From assembly GCF_009914755.1 (NCBI RefSeq), contig NC_060938.1: a stretch of DNA of 64,000 nt. One strand, 5' to 3'. Below the pieces are notes generated by a model. That model was not told the origin of the DNA. It made no database searches and saw only the letters and a list, made by a program, of their open reading frames with translations. Shown here piece by piece: positions 1 through 21,920 of the stretch. A program made the position numbers and the translations under genes. The stretch's first letter is position 1; every line of letters starts with the position of its first letter. This DNA comes from the human T2T-CHM13v2.0 reference genome, Homo sapiens.

Positions 1-330
1 CGACCAGTCTCCCTGCGGCTCCCGCGCGGGACAATCAGGCGGGCCGGGCTCGGAAATAGTGGGCATGGGTCCCTGAGGCGCGGGGATTGGCCGCTCTGTG
101 TCATGTGTCCTCGGCTCGGGCCAACCAGCGAGGGAGGCAAAGTCCCATCCCGCGCGTCCCGTAGCCCTTCAGCGAGCTGTGGGCGGGGCGTCAGGCCTGA
201 CACCTCGGCCAGAGGGCGGGGCCGGAGACCTGAGCGGCGCCGCTTCCGCTCTTTCGCCCAGGTGCCTTGGAGCCGCTGCTCTCGCCTCCCTTCTCCACCT
301 AGCGGCGGTGTTTCACACCCCGGAGTGGCT
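1..330. promoter_or_regulatory. CpG island / promoter-like element, cut off by the window start
   Basis: CpG-rich non-repeat DNA with GC boxes (181-189, 214-221), ATTGG 86-90 and ETS-like CGGAAAT 51-57 and CTTCCGC 243-249. Confidence 0.7.
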
Positions 331-999
331 TTTTGGGGATAAAGGCACAAATCTTTGCCAGACCTCCCGCCAGGCCCCCTGGCCTGCCACGTGCTCCTTG
401 CCGGCCTAGACTCACCCAGGCTGTGCCCTCTGCTCAGAACGACCTTTCCCCCCTTCCTCTCCCCCTCGCTTGCTCCGACTGTTCTTTGCAATCCCGGCTG
501 GGGTTGGGTTAAGGGCCTTCTGGGGCTTCTTCATACCCTGTGCATCTTCCTCCTACTGGCACCGACCACCCCACACTGGGCTGCCATCTGCTTGTCTACA
601 CCCACTGACTTTTCATCTCTGTATCTCCCCAGTAAGCAGGAGTGGCTCACAGAAGGCACGTTAATACCTGTGTGTTGATATAAACCAAGGAGCGGGACGA
701 TGGCTAGGAAGTAACATCCCTGGGCATCATCTGAGTACCAGGCCCCCTGCCAGGTACTTTAGAGGCTACTTGATGTTCAGGCCCATGGCAGCCCTGGGAG
801 GGAGGCACAAAGGCTCTTTTGTTCCTGGGGAGTCAGTGGAGGCCCCTAGAGGCTGAATGACTGTCTGGGTCCCCCAGCTGGACTGTTTGGGGACAGGCCT
901 GGGGAGCTGAGGGCACCCTCATACCAGGCAGCCTTGCGCCTGAAGCTCTGCTGGTGAAAACTGATGGGCAGGGCCCTGGAAGGGAGAGTCAGCGCCTGC

Positions 1000-1026
1000 G
1001 GGGGCGGGGGTGGGGGTGGGGGTGGG
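1000..1026 (+). other. Strong G-quadruplex-forming motif
   Basis: GGGGG-C-GGGGG-T-GGGGG-T-GGGGG-T-GGG. Confidence 0.8.
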
Positions 1027-2096
1027 AAGGCAAGCGGAGGGGAAAGGTGAGCATAGACAGGCATTTGTGATGGCCACAGGCCTTCACTGCTACCCTGACA
1101 TCAGGGCCAATGGCAACCTGCAAGGCCCTTCAAAGCCCTGCTTCCACCTCTGCCCATCTCTGGCTGCAACCTCCTGGTTCTCCCACCCTGTGCTCTATTC
1201 TCCAGCTACACTGACCCATGTCAGCTCCCAGGCCATGCATCTGGGCCTTTCACATGCTGCTCTCTCCAGGGTCCATCCAGCCCCACCTCCACCACATTGC
1301 CAAGACCAGGCCTTACTTTCCAGACTCCATGTACTTCTCAGCACTGGCCCCACCATTTGTGCTGAGGATCATCAGCTACTGAGACCTGAATTCAACCCCA
1401 GGCCCTGGGTTTGAATTCTGACACATTTGTGGCTGACCTTGGAGAACAGCTCATCCATGGGCTCGCAAAACAATGCCGCTGACTTAGACAACACTCTACT
1501 GATTTGCTGGCACTGGGCTGGGGCTTTGGTGGACACTGAATCCCCACAAACCAGCCTGCAAGGTCAGACATGTGAAAAAGTCCTTTCTGTTTCATCAAGG
1601 CTCATCAGGTGAACGTCTCCAACAGGCTCTCACTTCAGCAACATCTCATAGCAGAAGGTGATCTGTCTTCAAGGTTGGAGGCTGGTCCCATAGACCCCAA
1701 CTCCAGCATCAGGCCAAGGGCTGGGCAAGGCTGCAGGGTTGTGGCTATCCCAAATATGAACTCAGACACACTTAGTTCTGAATCCTGTATTACCTTGGGC
1801 GAATTACTTCACCTCTTTGATCCTTCATTTTCTTCCTTTTTTCTTTTTTGCTTTAGCTTTTCTTTTCAATAAAATTAATAACACGTACATATTTTTAACA
1901 GACAAATAGAACTACAAGGCTTACAATGAAAAAAGGCAGTCCCTTGCCTTGCTTTGCCCACCCTGGGTCCTCCCCAAAGAGGCAGCCACTTTGTACTCCT
2001 CTAGATGTTTCTTCAGGTTCTCACCTCCATACGTGGAAGTGACAGGTTTACACAGTACTAATGGTTACTGATTTTTTCACATTGAGGTATTATCTA

Positions 2097-2774
<678 letters not shown>

Positions 2775-2941
2775 TCAAGTACCTACACGTTTCCTTGCCT
2801 CGTCTACCACCTCTTAGACTCTGATCTGTAACCTGTATGCTCTCCTTGGGCCAGTGTGAGGATGAAATGACCTCCTGGATACTTGGAGCTCGTGGCACAG
2901 TGCTCAGCACCCAGCAGGCACTCAATCAATGCAGCTGCTCA

Positions 2942-3121
<180 letters not shown>

Positions 3122-3702
3122 TTAGCTGGGTGTGGTGGCACGTGCCAGTAGAGCTACTGGGGAGGCTGAGGTGGCAGAATCACTTGAACCCAGGAGGCAG
3201 AGGTTCCAGTGAGCCGAGATCATGCCACTGCACTCCAGCCTGGGCAATGGAGTGAGACCCTGTCTGAAAAAAATAAATAAAATAAAATTTTTGTTATGAG
3301 CAGTTTCTTTTTTTTTTTTTTTTTTTTTTTTTGATGGAGTCTCACTCTGTCGCCCAGGCTGGAGTGCAGTGACACAATCTCGGCTCACTGCAAACTCTGC
3401 CTCCCAGGTTCACGCCATTCTCCTGCCTCAGCCTCCTGAGTGGCTGGGACTACAGGCACCCACCACCATGCCCAGCTACTTTTTTTGTATTTTTAGTAGA
3501 GATGGGGTTTCACTGTGTTAGCCAGGATGGTCTTGATCTCTTGACCTTGTGATCTGCCCATCTCGGCCTCCCAAAGTGCTGGGATTACAGGCGTGAGCCA
3601 CCACGCCTGGCCAAGCAGTTTCTTTTTATTTTTTATTATTTTTTATTTTTTTAGCAGAGACGGGGTTTCACCATGTTAGCCAGGATGTTCTCGATCTCCT
3701 GA

Positions 3703-4079
<377 letters not shown>

Positions 4080-5409
4080 TGAGCCACCGTGCTCGGCCTA
4101 GAGCAGTTTCAAACACAGGCAAAAGTAGAATCAAGAGTCTGATGAGGCTAGGCCTGGTGGCACCCATCTGTAATTCCAGCACTTTGGGAGGCTAAGGCAG
4201 GATGATGGCTTCAATCCAGAAGTTCGAGACCAGCCTGGGCAACACGGCGAGACCCTGTTTCTACAAACAATTCTAAAATGAGCTGGGTGAGGTAGAACAC
4301 GACTGCCGTCCGGCTACTCAAGAGGCTGAGGTGGGAGGATTGGTTGAGCCCCAGGAATTCAAGGCTGCAGTGAGCTATGATTGCACCACTGCACTCCAGC
4401 CTGGACGACAGAGCGAGACCCTGTCTCAAAAAAAAAAAGAGGCTGATGGACCCCCCAGGACCCACTTCCAAGACAGCAGTCATAAGTCACAGGCCGCTGG
4501 GCAGCCACTTCATTTATATCCCGGTTTTCCCTTCTGCTATTTCTTTCTCTTTTTAAAAAGTGTTTTGTAGAGATGGAATCTCACTACGTTTCCCAGGCCA
4601 ATCTCAAACTTTTGGGCTCCCAAAATGCTGGGATTAGAAACTGTTTCTTTCTCTATTAAGTAAAAATGTATCTGTTTGTATTCTCCTACCTCTTTGTATG
4701 TAAATTATAACATAATATACACAAGAATCGAGGCTTTTTTTGTTTGTTTTCTTGTTTGTTTTTGAGATGGAGTCTCGCTCTGTTACCCAGGGTGGAGTGC
4801 AGTGGCGTGATCTCAGCTCACTGAAGACTCCACCTCCGAGGTTCAAGTGATTCTTCTGCCTCAGCCCCCGGGGTAGCTGGGATTACAGGTGTGTGCCACC
4901 ACACCCAGCTAATTTTTGAATTTTTAGTAGAGATGGGGTTTCACCATGTTGACCAGGCTGGTCTCAAACTTCTGGCCTCAAGAGATCTGCCCGCCTTGGC
5001 CTCCCAAAGTGCTGGGATTACAGGCGTGAGCCACCGTGCCCAGCCAGTTTGTTTTTTTCTTTTTACTGGTTACAGCAGCAACAGGAGAATCAAGGTTTTT
5101 GGGGTTTCTTAAAGTAAACTTTAAAAAACTGATTACATGCTTGAACCCAGGAGGTGGAGGTTGCAGTGAGCCGAGATCGTGCCACTGCACTCCAGTCTGG
5201 CAACACAGCAAGACTGTGTCTCACAAAAAAAAAAAAAGAAAAAAGAGAAAAAATTACAAATATAGCACATATCTGTGGAAAATACACACAAACCTATAAT
5301 CTCACTGCCCAGCTCTACGCAGGAACCACATTGCAGGAGCATATGGAAACTGACAAGAGAGGTGTGGAGATTTTGTACATACATTTTTAGAAAAACAAAA
5401 CAAATTTAT

Positions 5410-5960
<551 letters not shown>

Positions 5961-6662
5961 ACATAAAAATGCCCTGGCACAGTTGCTCATGTCTGTAGTC
6001 ACTCCCAGCATTTCGAGAGGCTGGGAAGGAGGATTTCTTGAGCTCAGGAGTCCGAGACCAGCCTGGGCAACAAAGTGAGACCCTGTCTCTACAAAAAATA
6101 AAAAATTAGCTGAGTGTCGTGGCACAACCTGTAGTCCCAGCTACTAAGGAGGCTGAGGTGGCAGGATCACTTGAGTCAGGGAGGTCGAGGCTGCAGTGAG
6201 CCATGATCATGTCACTGTGTTCCAGCCTGGGCAACAGAGTGACTGAGACTGTTTCAAAAAAAAAAAAAAAAAAAAGAGAGAGCGAGAATAGAACCAAGGA
6301 ACTGTCCTCTGTCCTCTTGTTTCCTCTCCTCTTCACTGTACTTCAGAATCATTCTGAACACTGGAGTCTTCATTGCTGTCACGCTCTGTCCATCAGGGCC
6401 CTCGACTGTAGGGAGTCACAGGCCCAAGTGTATAAAGAGCTGGGTTAGAGATCCCAAGCCCTGATGAGACTTGCCTGCACATGTGCTATATGGACTCGGA
6501 TCTGGAACCACACTGAAGCCACAGTGATGAAGCGATGAAGAATTTCAGAGAAATTCTTGCAGGAGATGGCTTTTCAGCTGGGCGTAGAGGCCTGGGTTTT
6601 GTGGCATGGTGGAGAGTTTCCCTTTTCATGCTGTTGGCTTCCCTCTGCTGCCCAGGTTGGGT

Positions 6663-6842
6663 CTAGGGCGGTGATCCTTGGAGGAGAGTGGGCATCCCCA
6701 GGAGGGCCTGACAAAGGGATGGCTGGGCCCCCTCCCAGAGTCTCTGACTCAGCAGCTCTGGGGTGGGGCCTGAGGGCTTGCATTCCCAGCAGGTCCCCAG
6801 TGATGCTGCTGGCCCCGGGGGCTACCCATTGAGGACACTGAT
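6663..6842. mobile_element. MER5A-type hAT MITE
   Basis: gctgggccccctcccagagtctctgactcagcagctctggggtggggcctgag...cccagtgatgctg fits the MER5A layout. Confidence 0.75.
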
Positions 6843-7063
6843 GCTGGGAGGTGTCCCTCTGCTGCACCTGTGTCATTGAAGTGTGCTTCACTGGGCCCTG
6901 CGTGGGTTTCCCATTCTCAGGCAAACAGCCCTACACACTTTTTTTTTTTTTTTGAGATGGAGCCTTGCTCTGTTGCCCAGGCTGGAGTGCAGTGGTGCTA
7001 TCTCGGCTCACTGCAACCTCCGCCTCCTGGGTTCAAGCAATTCTTCTGCCTCAGCCTCCTTGA

Positions 7064-8030
<967 letters not shown>

Positions 8031-8102
8031 TTTTAACTTGTTCTTAAAGATAAATTTTACTGGCCAGGTGCAGTGGCTCACGCCTATAATCCCAGCACTT
8101 TA

Positions 8103-8336
<234 letters not shown>

Positions 8337-8344
8337 CTATCTCA

Positions 8345-8575
<231 letters not shown>

Positions 8576-9214
8576 TTATTATTTTTTTCTTCACAGGGAG
8601 AGGAGAGGGAGATAGGAAGTTCAAGTCTTTACTTTTTTAATTAATTAATTAATTATTATTATTATTTTTACTAATTCCTACTCAGAATGCAAAGATAACT
8701 TTTTAAAAACATATATTGTTAGTCTGGGCAACATAGTGAAAACCTGTCTCTACCAACAAAAAAAGAAAAAAGAAAAATCTAAAAATAGGGCCAAGCATGG
8801 TGCCACACACCTGTAATCCCAGTTACCTGGGATACTGATGGGGGAGGATAGCTTGAGCCCTGGAGTTCGAGGCTGCAGTAAGCTACGACTGCCACATTGC
8901 ACTCCAGTCTGGGTGACAGATCAAGAACCTGTTTCAAAAAACAAACAAACCCATAGTAGGAAGGTGACATGTATATGTTATTGCAGGCAGCTGTCCCTGC
9001 AATGTGAGCCCAGGGAAGTGGGACCTTTGTTTTGTTCCGTGCTATGTCTCCGGAACCTGCCCAGCACAGTGCCAAGCACACAGTATCTGCTCAATGATGA
9101 CCTGTCGAATGCATGAAATTTAGAAAAGAAAAACAACAAACAAAAACCCTTCCCAAATAGAATCACCATTAATACTTTCTCGTATATCTTTTCAATCTTT
9201 TTTTTTTTTTTTGA

Positions 9215-9492
<278 letters not shown>

Positions 9493-9608
9493 TGATCTGT
9501 TCTTTTCTGTGCGTACTTGTTATCTTACATTAGAATCACACTGTAGGCCAGGCGCAGTAGCACATGCTTGTAATCCCAGCACTCTGGGAGGCCGAGGTGG
9601 GTGGATCA

Positions 9609-9862
<254 letters not shown>

Positions 9863-10798
9863 CTATTTCGTAACCAGCCTTCTCTCTGGGGGCTTAAAAC
9901 TCGATTATCTTTCTATTTATCCATTTCCTGCTCATGTTTCCCTCGTCCTAGGGGACCCAGTCCCAGGGCTACATCTCCATTTACTTAACCACAACCCCAT
10001 TGCCTCTGTTCTGCACCCCCACTTCTCCCCTTCTGTGGACACTGAGTTTTTTTCCAATTTGAGTGATTGGAAACAACCCTGGGGGAATATCTGAGTCCCT
10101 GGTTTATCACCCTGGAAAAGTCCTAGAAGTGGAATTGCTGGGCTGAAAAGTGGATGTGTTTTTAAGGTTTTGGACTCAAGAGTTCTTAAAATGAGCTTCA
10201 CTTTATTCCAGGTTTTCTCTGCAGTTTGGGTGTCCTATCTACCAACTCCCAGCGGAGCTGCCCCATTTAGAATCAGGCTGTTTTTCTCCTGAGTTTTTAC
10301 TATGGGAAATTGAAAGGATGAATTGTAGGCTTCAGTATCGCGGATTTCAGGGTATGAATTCAACATGGCCATTGCTCAGAGTCACAAGTCAATCACCAGT
10401 CAGCATCTGATACCTAAATTCTGTGCCAAGGAAGCTCTATAAATGAAAGACATCCATGGGTGATGAAGTTTCAGAAGCATCCCTGGGTCACACATTGTGA
10501 AAACAGTTTGTCTACACTCACACAGAGCACTTCTGATACCTTGTGTGCGAATTTTCCCCACTCTGACCAACACTGAGTGTCCTAGAATTCAATTCAATTC
10601 TGACACTATCTACCTGGAATTAACATCAGATTCCACAAATTAAAGGCTCAGTCCCACAAAACTGCCCCCATTTCAGAAGCCAAATGTAAATCCATCCTCA
10701 CATATTTCTGACTGAGCGACTGTAAGCTGGAGGTTTCCAAGACCGCCTCCTCTGGTTCAGTTATGGGCTAGAATGACTCATATAACTTAAGGAAATAG

Positions 10799-11100
10799 GG
10801 CCAGGTGCGGTGGCTCATGCCTATAATCTCAGCACTTTGGGAGGCCGAGGCAGGTGGACCACTTGAGGTCAGGAGTTCGAGACCAGCCTGGCCAACGTGG
10901 CAAAATGCCGTCTCTACAAAAAATACAAAAATTATCCAGGCATGGTGGTGCACACGTGTAATCCCAGCTACTTGAGAGGCTGAGGCACGAGAATCGCTTG
11001 AACCCAGGAGGTGGAAGCTGCAGTAGCTGAGATTGCAGCACTGAACTCCAGCCTGGGTGACACAGCAAGACTCCTTCTCAAAAAAAAAAAAAAAAAAAAA
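10799..11100 (+). mobile_element. Full-length AluS with a clear TSD
   Basis: AACTTAAGGAAATAG occurs on both sides (10784-10798 and ~11100-11114). Confidence 0.92.
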
Positions 11101-11124
11101 ACTTAAGGAAATAGAGCCAGGCAG

Positions 11125-11292
11125 GCAGGCAGGCATGGGGGCACATGCCTGTAGTCATAGGTAACAGAGAAGGTGTGGGAGGATCACTCGAGCCTAGGAG
11201 TTTGAGACTACAGTCATTGTGCATGACCATGCCTGTGAATAACCACTGCACTCCAACCTGGGCAACATAGTGAGACCCCATCTCTAAAACAA
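11125..11292 (+). mobile_element. FAM / 7SL-derived Alu monomer
   Basis: Retains the 7SL-specific gcctgtgaataaccactgcactcc segment that dimeric Alus lack. Confidence 0.75.
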
Positions 11293-11329
11293 ACAAACTC
11301 AATGAAACACTTTATATATGCTGGTTTAT

Positions 11330-12174
<845 letters not shown>

Positions 12175-12207
12175 TAGGTGTGAGCCACCACGCCTGGCCT
12201 GGAGTAG

Positions 12208-12756
<549 letters not shown>

Positions 12757-12842
12757 TGAAAAGCAAAGTGCAGAATATTATGTATGTGTTTTCATATATT
12801 TGTGAGGACTGTCTCTGGAGGGCATACCCAAGAAACTACTAG

Positions 12843-13136
<294 letters not shown>

Positions 13137-13169
13137 TAGCCATGTTATCCATGGCTGTGTGTGTGTGTG

Positions 13170-13972
13170 ATCCATGGTTCCTATCTCATAACTCCCAGAG
13201 CCCTTGTTAGTCTTTTGTTACAATGTTGGGAGTGCCAGCACCACTGAAAAGGTAAAAAATAAATAAAAAGAATAACTAAAAAAAGAACGTTGCGAGTGTT
13301 AGACCTCGGGAAACAGAATCTCTCTGACCTTTTCCTGCCTCCTTCCACCTGCCCAAGGCAGGACCCTAATCTGATCTTGGGTCATAAGACCCTTATTCCA
13401 GAGAAGGCTCCACCCCATACCCTGGGGGCAGAAATGCTGACATAAAGAAGCCTCCATAGAGACCCAAGAAGACAGGCTTGGGAGGGCTTCTGGATGACTG
13501 GGTGCATGGGGGCTCCTGGAGGGTGGTGTGCCAGCAGGGCATGAAGCTCTGCACCCCTACCCCAATACCGCGCCGATGCGTCTCTTCATTGTCTCCTTCA
13601 TAATATCCTTCATAGTAAACTGGCAAATGTACAGGTTTTTCTGAGTTCTGTGAGCCACGCCAGTAAATTAAACCCAGGGCAGAGGTTGTGGGAACCCCAA
13701 CTTGAAGCCAGAAGCTCCGGAGGCCCGGACTTGGCGACTGGTGTGAGAACGGGGGTGGCTACCTGTGGGATCTGATGCTAGCTCCAGGTAGATGGTGTCA
13801 GAATTGAATTGGAGGACACCCAGACGGCATCTGCTGCAGAATTGATTGCTTATTGCTTGCTTGCTGGTGGGGAGAAACCCCCATATATTTTGGGGTCACA
13901 GAAGTCTTATGTTGATTGTTGCTGTGTTGGTGTGAGAGCAGAGAAAAACATGGCTTGAGTCTTTCTGAAACA
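13170..13972 (+). mobile_element. MER21A-like LTR
   Basis: Contains tccaggtagatggtgtcagaattgaattggaggacacccag and ctgagttctgtgagcc, the reverse-orientation counterpart of the MER21 motifs at ~10580-10620. Confidence 0.7.
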
Positions 13973-14166
13973 CTAGCCTTTTGTGCCTTTAAAACCGATG
14001 TCTCGTGAATACATTACCTTTTTCAGCCCAAGCTGGAGTGTAGTGGCACGATCTCGGCTTACTGAAACCTCCTCCTCCTGGCCTCAAGCATCCTCCCACC
14101 TCAGCCTTCTGAGTAGCTGGGACTACAGGTACATGCCACCACGCCTAATTTTTATATTTTTTGTAG

Positions 14167-15915
<1,749 letters not shown>

Positions 15916-15994
15916 AAAACATATTATTTTTTAAGGAAATGGATGGATACTACTTTTGGTCCAGGCATTATGCCAGGCCTCCTACCAAGAGCCT

Positions 15995-18280
<2,286 letters not shown>

Positions 18281-19774
18281 AAAAGAAAGGAAAGGGAGAA
18301 GGAAGGAAGGGAGGGAGGGAAAAGTAAAAAGAAAATTCTGTTATTCCAGCTCAGATCTAAACGGATCATGTTTTTTGGATAAGTGAATAAACTTTTCTGC
18401 CTTCTTCATAAGATGTTGGGTGAATCCAATGAGATAAAAGGTCTGTACCCATTGGGTAGGTGGGTAGGTGTGGTTATTACCCAGGATCCCCATGCCGGGC
18501 TCAGGGGGCCTGTGCGAGCCTTTCTCCGCCATCCTCCACACAGTGCTAGAGTATCCAAAGGCCTCCGTGGCTCCCCCCGTACGCGCCCTCCTGCCCGCCA
18601 GCCCCAGGTGCCTCAGCCTGGTGCCTCAGGCTCTTCCCAGTGCCCCAGGCTCTTCCCAGTGTCCCAGGTGTCCTGCCCCAGCCCAGGTGTCCAGGCTCAG
18701 TTGTCATTCTTCCTCCAGCTCTGAGGCACCAGGCAGCCTCACTCCTCTACTCCCAATCCAGTCTCCACTTCTGTGTCCAGGTCGTGTCCTCTGCCTGGGG
18801 TGTCCTCCCTTCTCCCATCACTACCTTTCGCACCCGAGGTCTGGAGGCTCCCAGCCATGGACTGTGCTCCAGGATCCTCTCCGCAGGAAACCAGTTCACG
18901 GTTCTCTCAACTTTACCTGCATGGGTAGAAGAAACTTAACAACCACCTCCTGGTTTTGTGGCTGACTGGTTTCGTGTGCTGTACCGGAGGCTCCTAAGGG
19001 CCGAGCTCCCCAAGCTGAGCTCAGTTGTCCAAATGGGACTTGCAGGTTCACCCCTCGGGCCTTTGGACTACAGTGTCCTCCTACTCCCTTCCATCCTCTC
19101 CTGCATACAGGTAATTCCTACTGACCTTTAGGCCTCACCCAAGCAGCACCTCCTCCGTGAAGCCCTCCCAGCCTGCCCCAGTGGTCCTGCCCTCTCCTTC
19201 CCCCCTCCAACTCACACTCCTGGTGCCCCCACCATGCTGGGAGCATCGAGACAGTGGCTGCTTCTCAATCCCCTGCATCACCAAGTCTCCCTTGGCTGGG
19301 GTGACCACGGGTGCACAGGGTGAATGAAATCAGAAGTGTATTTGGTTTTTGTCTTAATGATGACTTAACCATTTTAAGAAGTGTTATCACTCAAAGTAGA
19401 GTTCCCTCCAGAGGGCATGGGCTTATTCTCACATGTGGCCAACTCTCCCATCACCTTGGCCTCTGCAGAGGCCCTTTGAGCTGATGTACCGGATAGCAGT
19501 GTGGCCAGGGCAGGCTGGATGGAATCCCTCATGCACCACTTGCCAGCTCCCAGACCAAGGGAGCCAGCCTTGACCTTTCCCAGGGCCAGGTTCCCCACTG
19601 GTGAAATGGGATCTTAGGACACGACCTGTGAGAAGGTATGCAAGACCCCCCTCAGGAGCCTGGTCGGAAGGGCTGGTGACACAGCCTTTGCTGTTGCCAG
19701 GGGAGGGTGCCCAAAGATGAGTCAGGCGGCTGCTGACTGCAAGATGCTTAGAAAACATGGTGGGCATGACCTTT

Positions 19775-19822
19775 TCCATCCATCCATCCATCCATCCATC
19801 CATCCATCCATCCATCCATCCA
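19775..19822 (+). repeat. (TCCA)12 tetranucleotide microsatellite
   Basis: Perfect 48-bp tandem read directly. Confidence 0.95.
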
Positions 19823-20223
19823 ATAAACATGCGTTGAGCACCAGTATTGAAATGGGCCCTAGGGATGGAGCAGCCCCAGCCCAGGCCTTGCCTAGCTCAG
19901 CCCAGCAGGAGGCCAGGCCTGAACACAAACCCCTGAGATCAACACACAGGCTCTGTGTGGAGCTGGGAAGATACTAGACAGCAAGAGAAGAGAGGAAACC
20001 CCATGCTGGGGGTGGCATGGGGTAGGGTATTTTCAAGGAGACAGGAGGTTGGGGTGGCAGAGGGGGCAGGGGGATGGGAAGGCCCAGCAGAGGGAACAGC
20101 ATGTGCAAAGGCCCAGAGTATGAAAACTGGCTCTGTGCTTCTCTTTAGGCAAACACCGGGGTCAGGGAGGCTCTTCCTCTCTGCCCCTCCCACTGAGCTC
20201 TTCACACCCCGTCACATGGGTGG

Positions 20224-20985
20224 GGGTTCTTAACCTGGGATCCACAGAGAGAGGGGAGGGGAAGGGAGGTCAGAGGATAGAAGCCAGGGGGCTTCTGAAT
20301 TTGGGTTGAAGGAATGTATGCGATCTCATTTTCACCCACCTCTGATATTAAAATTCCCACAGTAGTAGGTGTTAGCTGTCCCTGTGACTTTGTCACCAAG
20401 AGAAACCCAGATATATTCATATCACATTTCAGCTGTTGCAGAAATCTCTAAATATCATTTATACTCACTGGTATTTCAAAATCATGGTGAATATTAGACT
20501 TGCAACTTTAGTCTTGTTATTTAATGTGTGAGTAAAATACATTATTACATGTGTGTTAAGAATTTTATTAACTGTTACTGTATTTCTTTTCTCTCTTTCC
20601 TTCTGCAAGTCTCACTCTGTCGCCTAGGCTGGAGTGAAGTGGCACCCATCTCGGCTCACTGCAGCCTTGACTTCCCAGGCTTAAGGGATCCTCCTGCCTC
20701 AGCTCCCGAGTAGCTGGGCCCTCAGATGTGCTCCACCACGCCCGGCTAATTAAAAAAAAAAGTTTTTGTAGAGACGGTCTCACTATGTTGGCCAGGCTGG
20801 TCTCCAACTCCTAGGCTCAAGCGATCCTCCCGCCTCGGCCTCCCAAATTGTTGGGAAAACCGGCGTGAGCCCCGCGACCAGCCAACTATTTACCATAGTA
20901 GCCTTCCTTCCTAATCTTGTTATTTTATTCATCTAAAAATATTTTGAGAGGGGCTTTGTAGGCTTCCCCAGGCTGCGTCAGGGTC
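20224..20985. mobile_element. hAT-Charlie DNA transposon relic (MER113-like) split by an Alu (20590-20885)
   Basis: ggttcttaacctggg terminus, ctgtgactttgtcacc...catatcacatt...gttgcagaaatctc core and taggcttccccaggctg end. Confidence 0.55.
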
Positions 20986-21920
20986 GGGATCTAGAGCGAG
21001 GACCAGGCTGGGGCGAGGGCGCCGTGTTCTCAACTGCAGGGCCTGAAGCGGGGCGGGAGGGTAAGGGCGCACACTACCCAGGCAGGGACAGGGACCCCGC
21101 AGAGCCTGCCAAGGGGCAGCCACGCGGCCCACGGAGCCGGAGATGAGGGAGGAGCCTGGCCCGCGCCCGGCCCCCGCTCGGGTCGGTGTAGCCCAGCCCC
21201 AGCCTCCCAACTGCTGAGGATGAGAGCAGGGCCGCGGCCTTCGCCCGGCGCAGCGCCTGCGTTCCCGCCGCCCTTCCCAGTGCCGCGAGGAAGCTGCGGC
21301 AGGAAGAAGGGCGGAGGTGCCCCGGGCGCCTGAGACGCCCGGCAATGGCCCCGCTACTCTCGCCGCGCACACGCAAAGCCGCTTCCCAGGCAGTTGCGGC
21401 GTTCGGGGCCCGCTTCCTCTCGGGCCGGGCCTTCGCCGGCCGCCTGCCCGTACAGGTGTCCCCCGGCTCCGTGACTGCGACTCTCCCAGCGGAGAGGGTC
21501 TCCCAGGAAGCAGGGGCGAGGAGCCCTCGAAGGTCTCGGGCGGCAGCGGCTCTCGGCGCAGAGGGCGGAGGGTACGACCGCGACACAGGCGGGGCGGCAG
21601 CTAGCTCGCGAGGTGCACCCGGCACAGGCCCCGCCCCGCGCTTCCGGCTCTCAGGGCCCTCGTGCCCCGCCCCGCCCTCCTCCCCGGGGCCCCTCGTCCC
21701 CCGCGCCCGCCTAGCCCCGCCCCGGCTGTGCTGGATCCTCGACGCCCATCGCCAGGGGTGGAATCCCAGCCCCGCCTAACACAGGTGGAAAGAGGCGCAG
21801 AGAGGCCTAGTGACGAGCTGGGATCACAGGGAGTTGATGGCAGCGCCGGGAGAGCCCAGGCTCCGAACTCCCGGGCTGGGTTCTGCCCCTACAGCCCGAA
21901 AAGAAAGCAAGGGAGCCGGT
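20980..21920. promoter_or_regulatory. Orphan CpG island ~24 kb upstream of YY1 (promoter- or enhancer-like)
   Basis: About 900 bp of dense CpG, several GC boxes (e.g. 21050, 21590, 21630, 21667) and ETS CTTCCGG 21641-21647; no credible protein frame. Confidence 0.85.
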
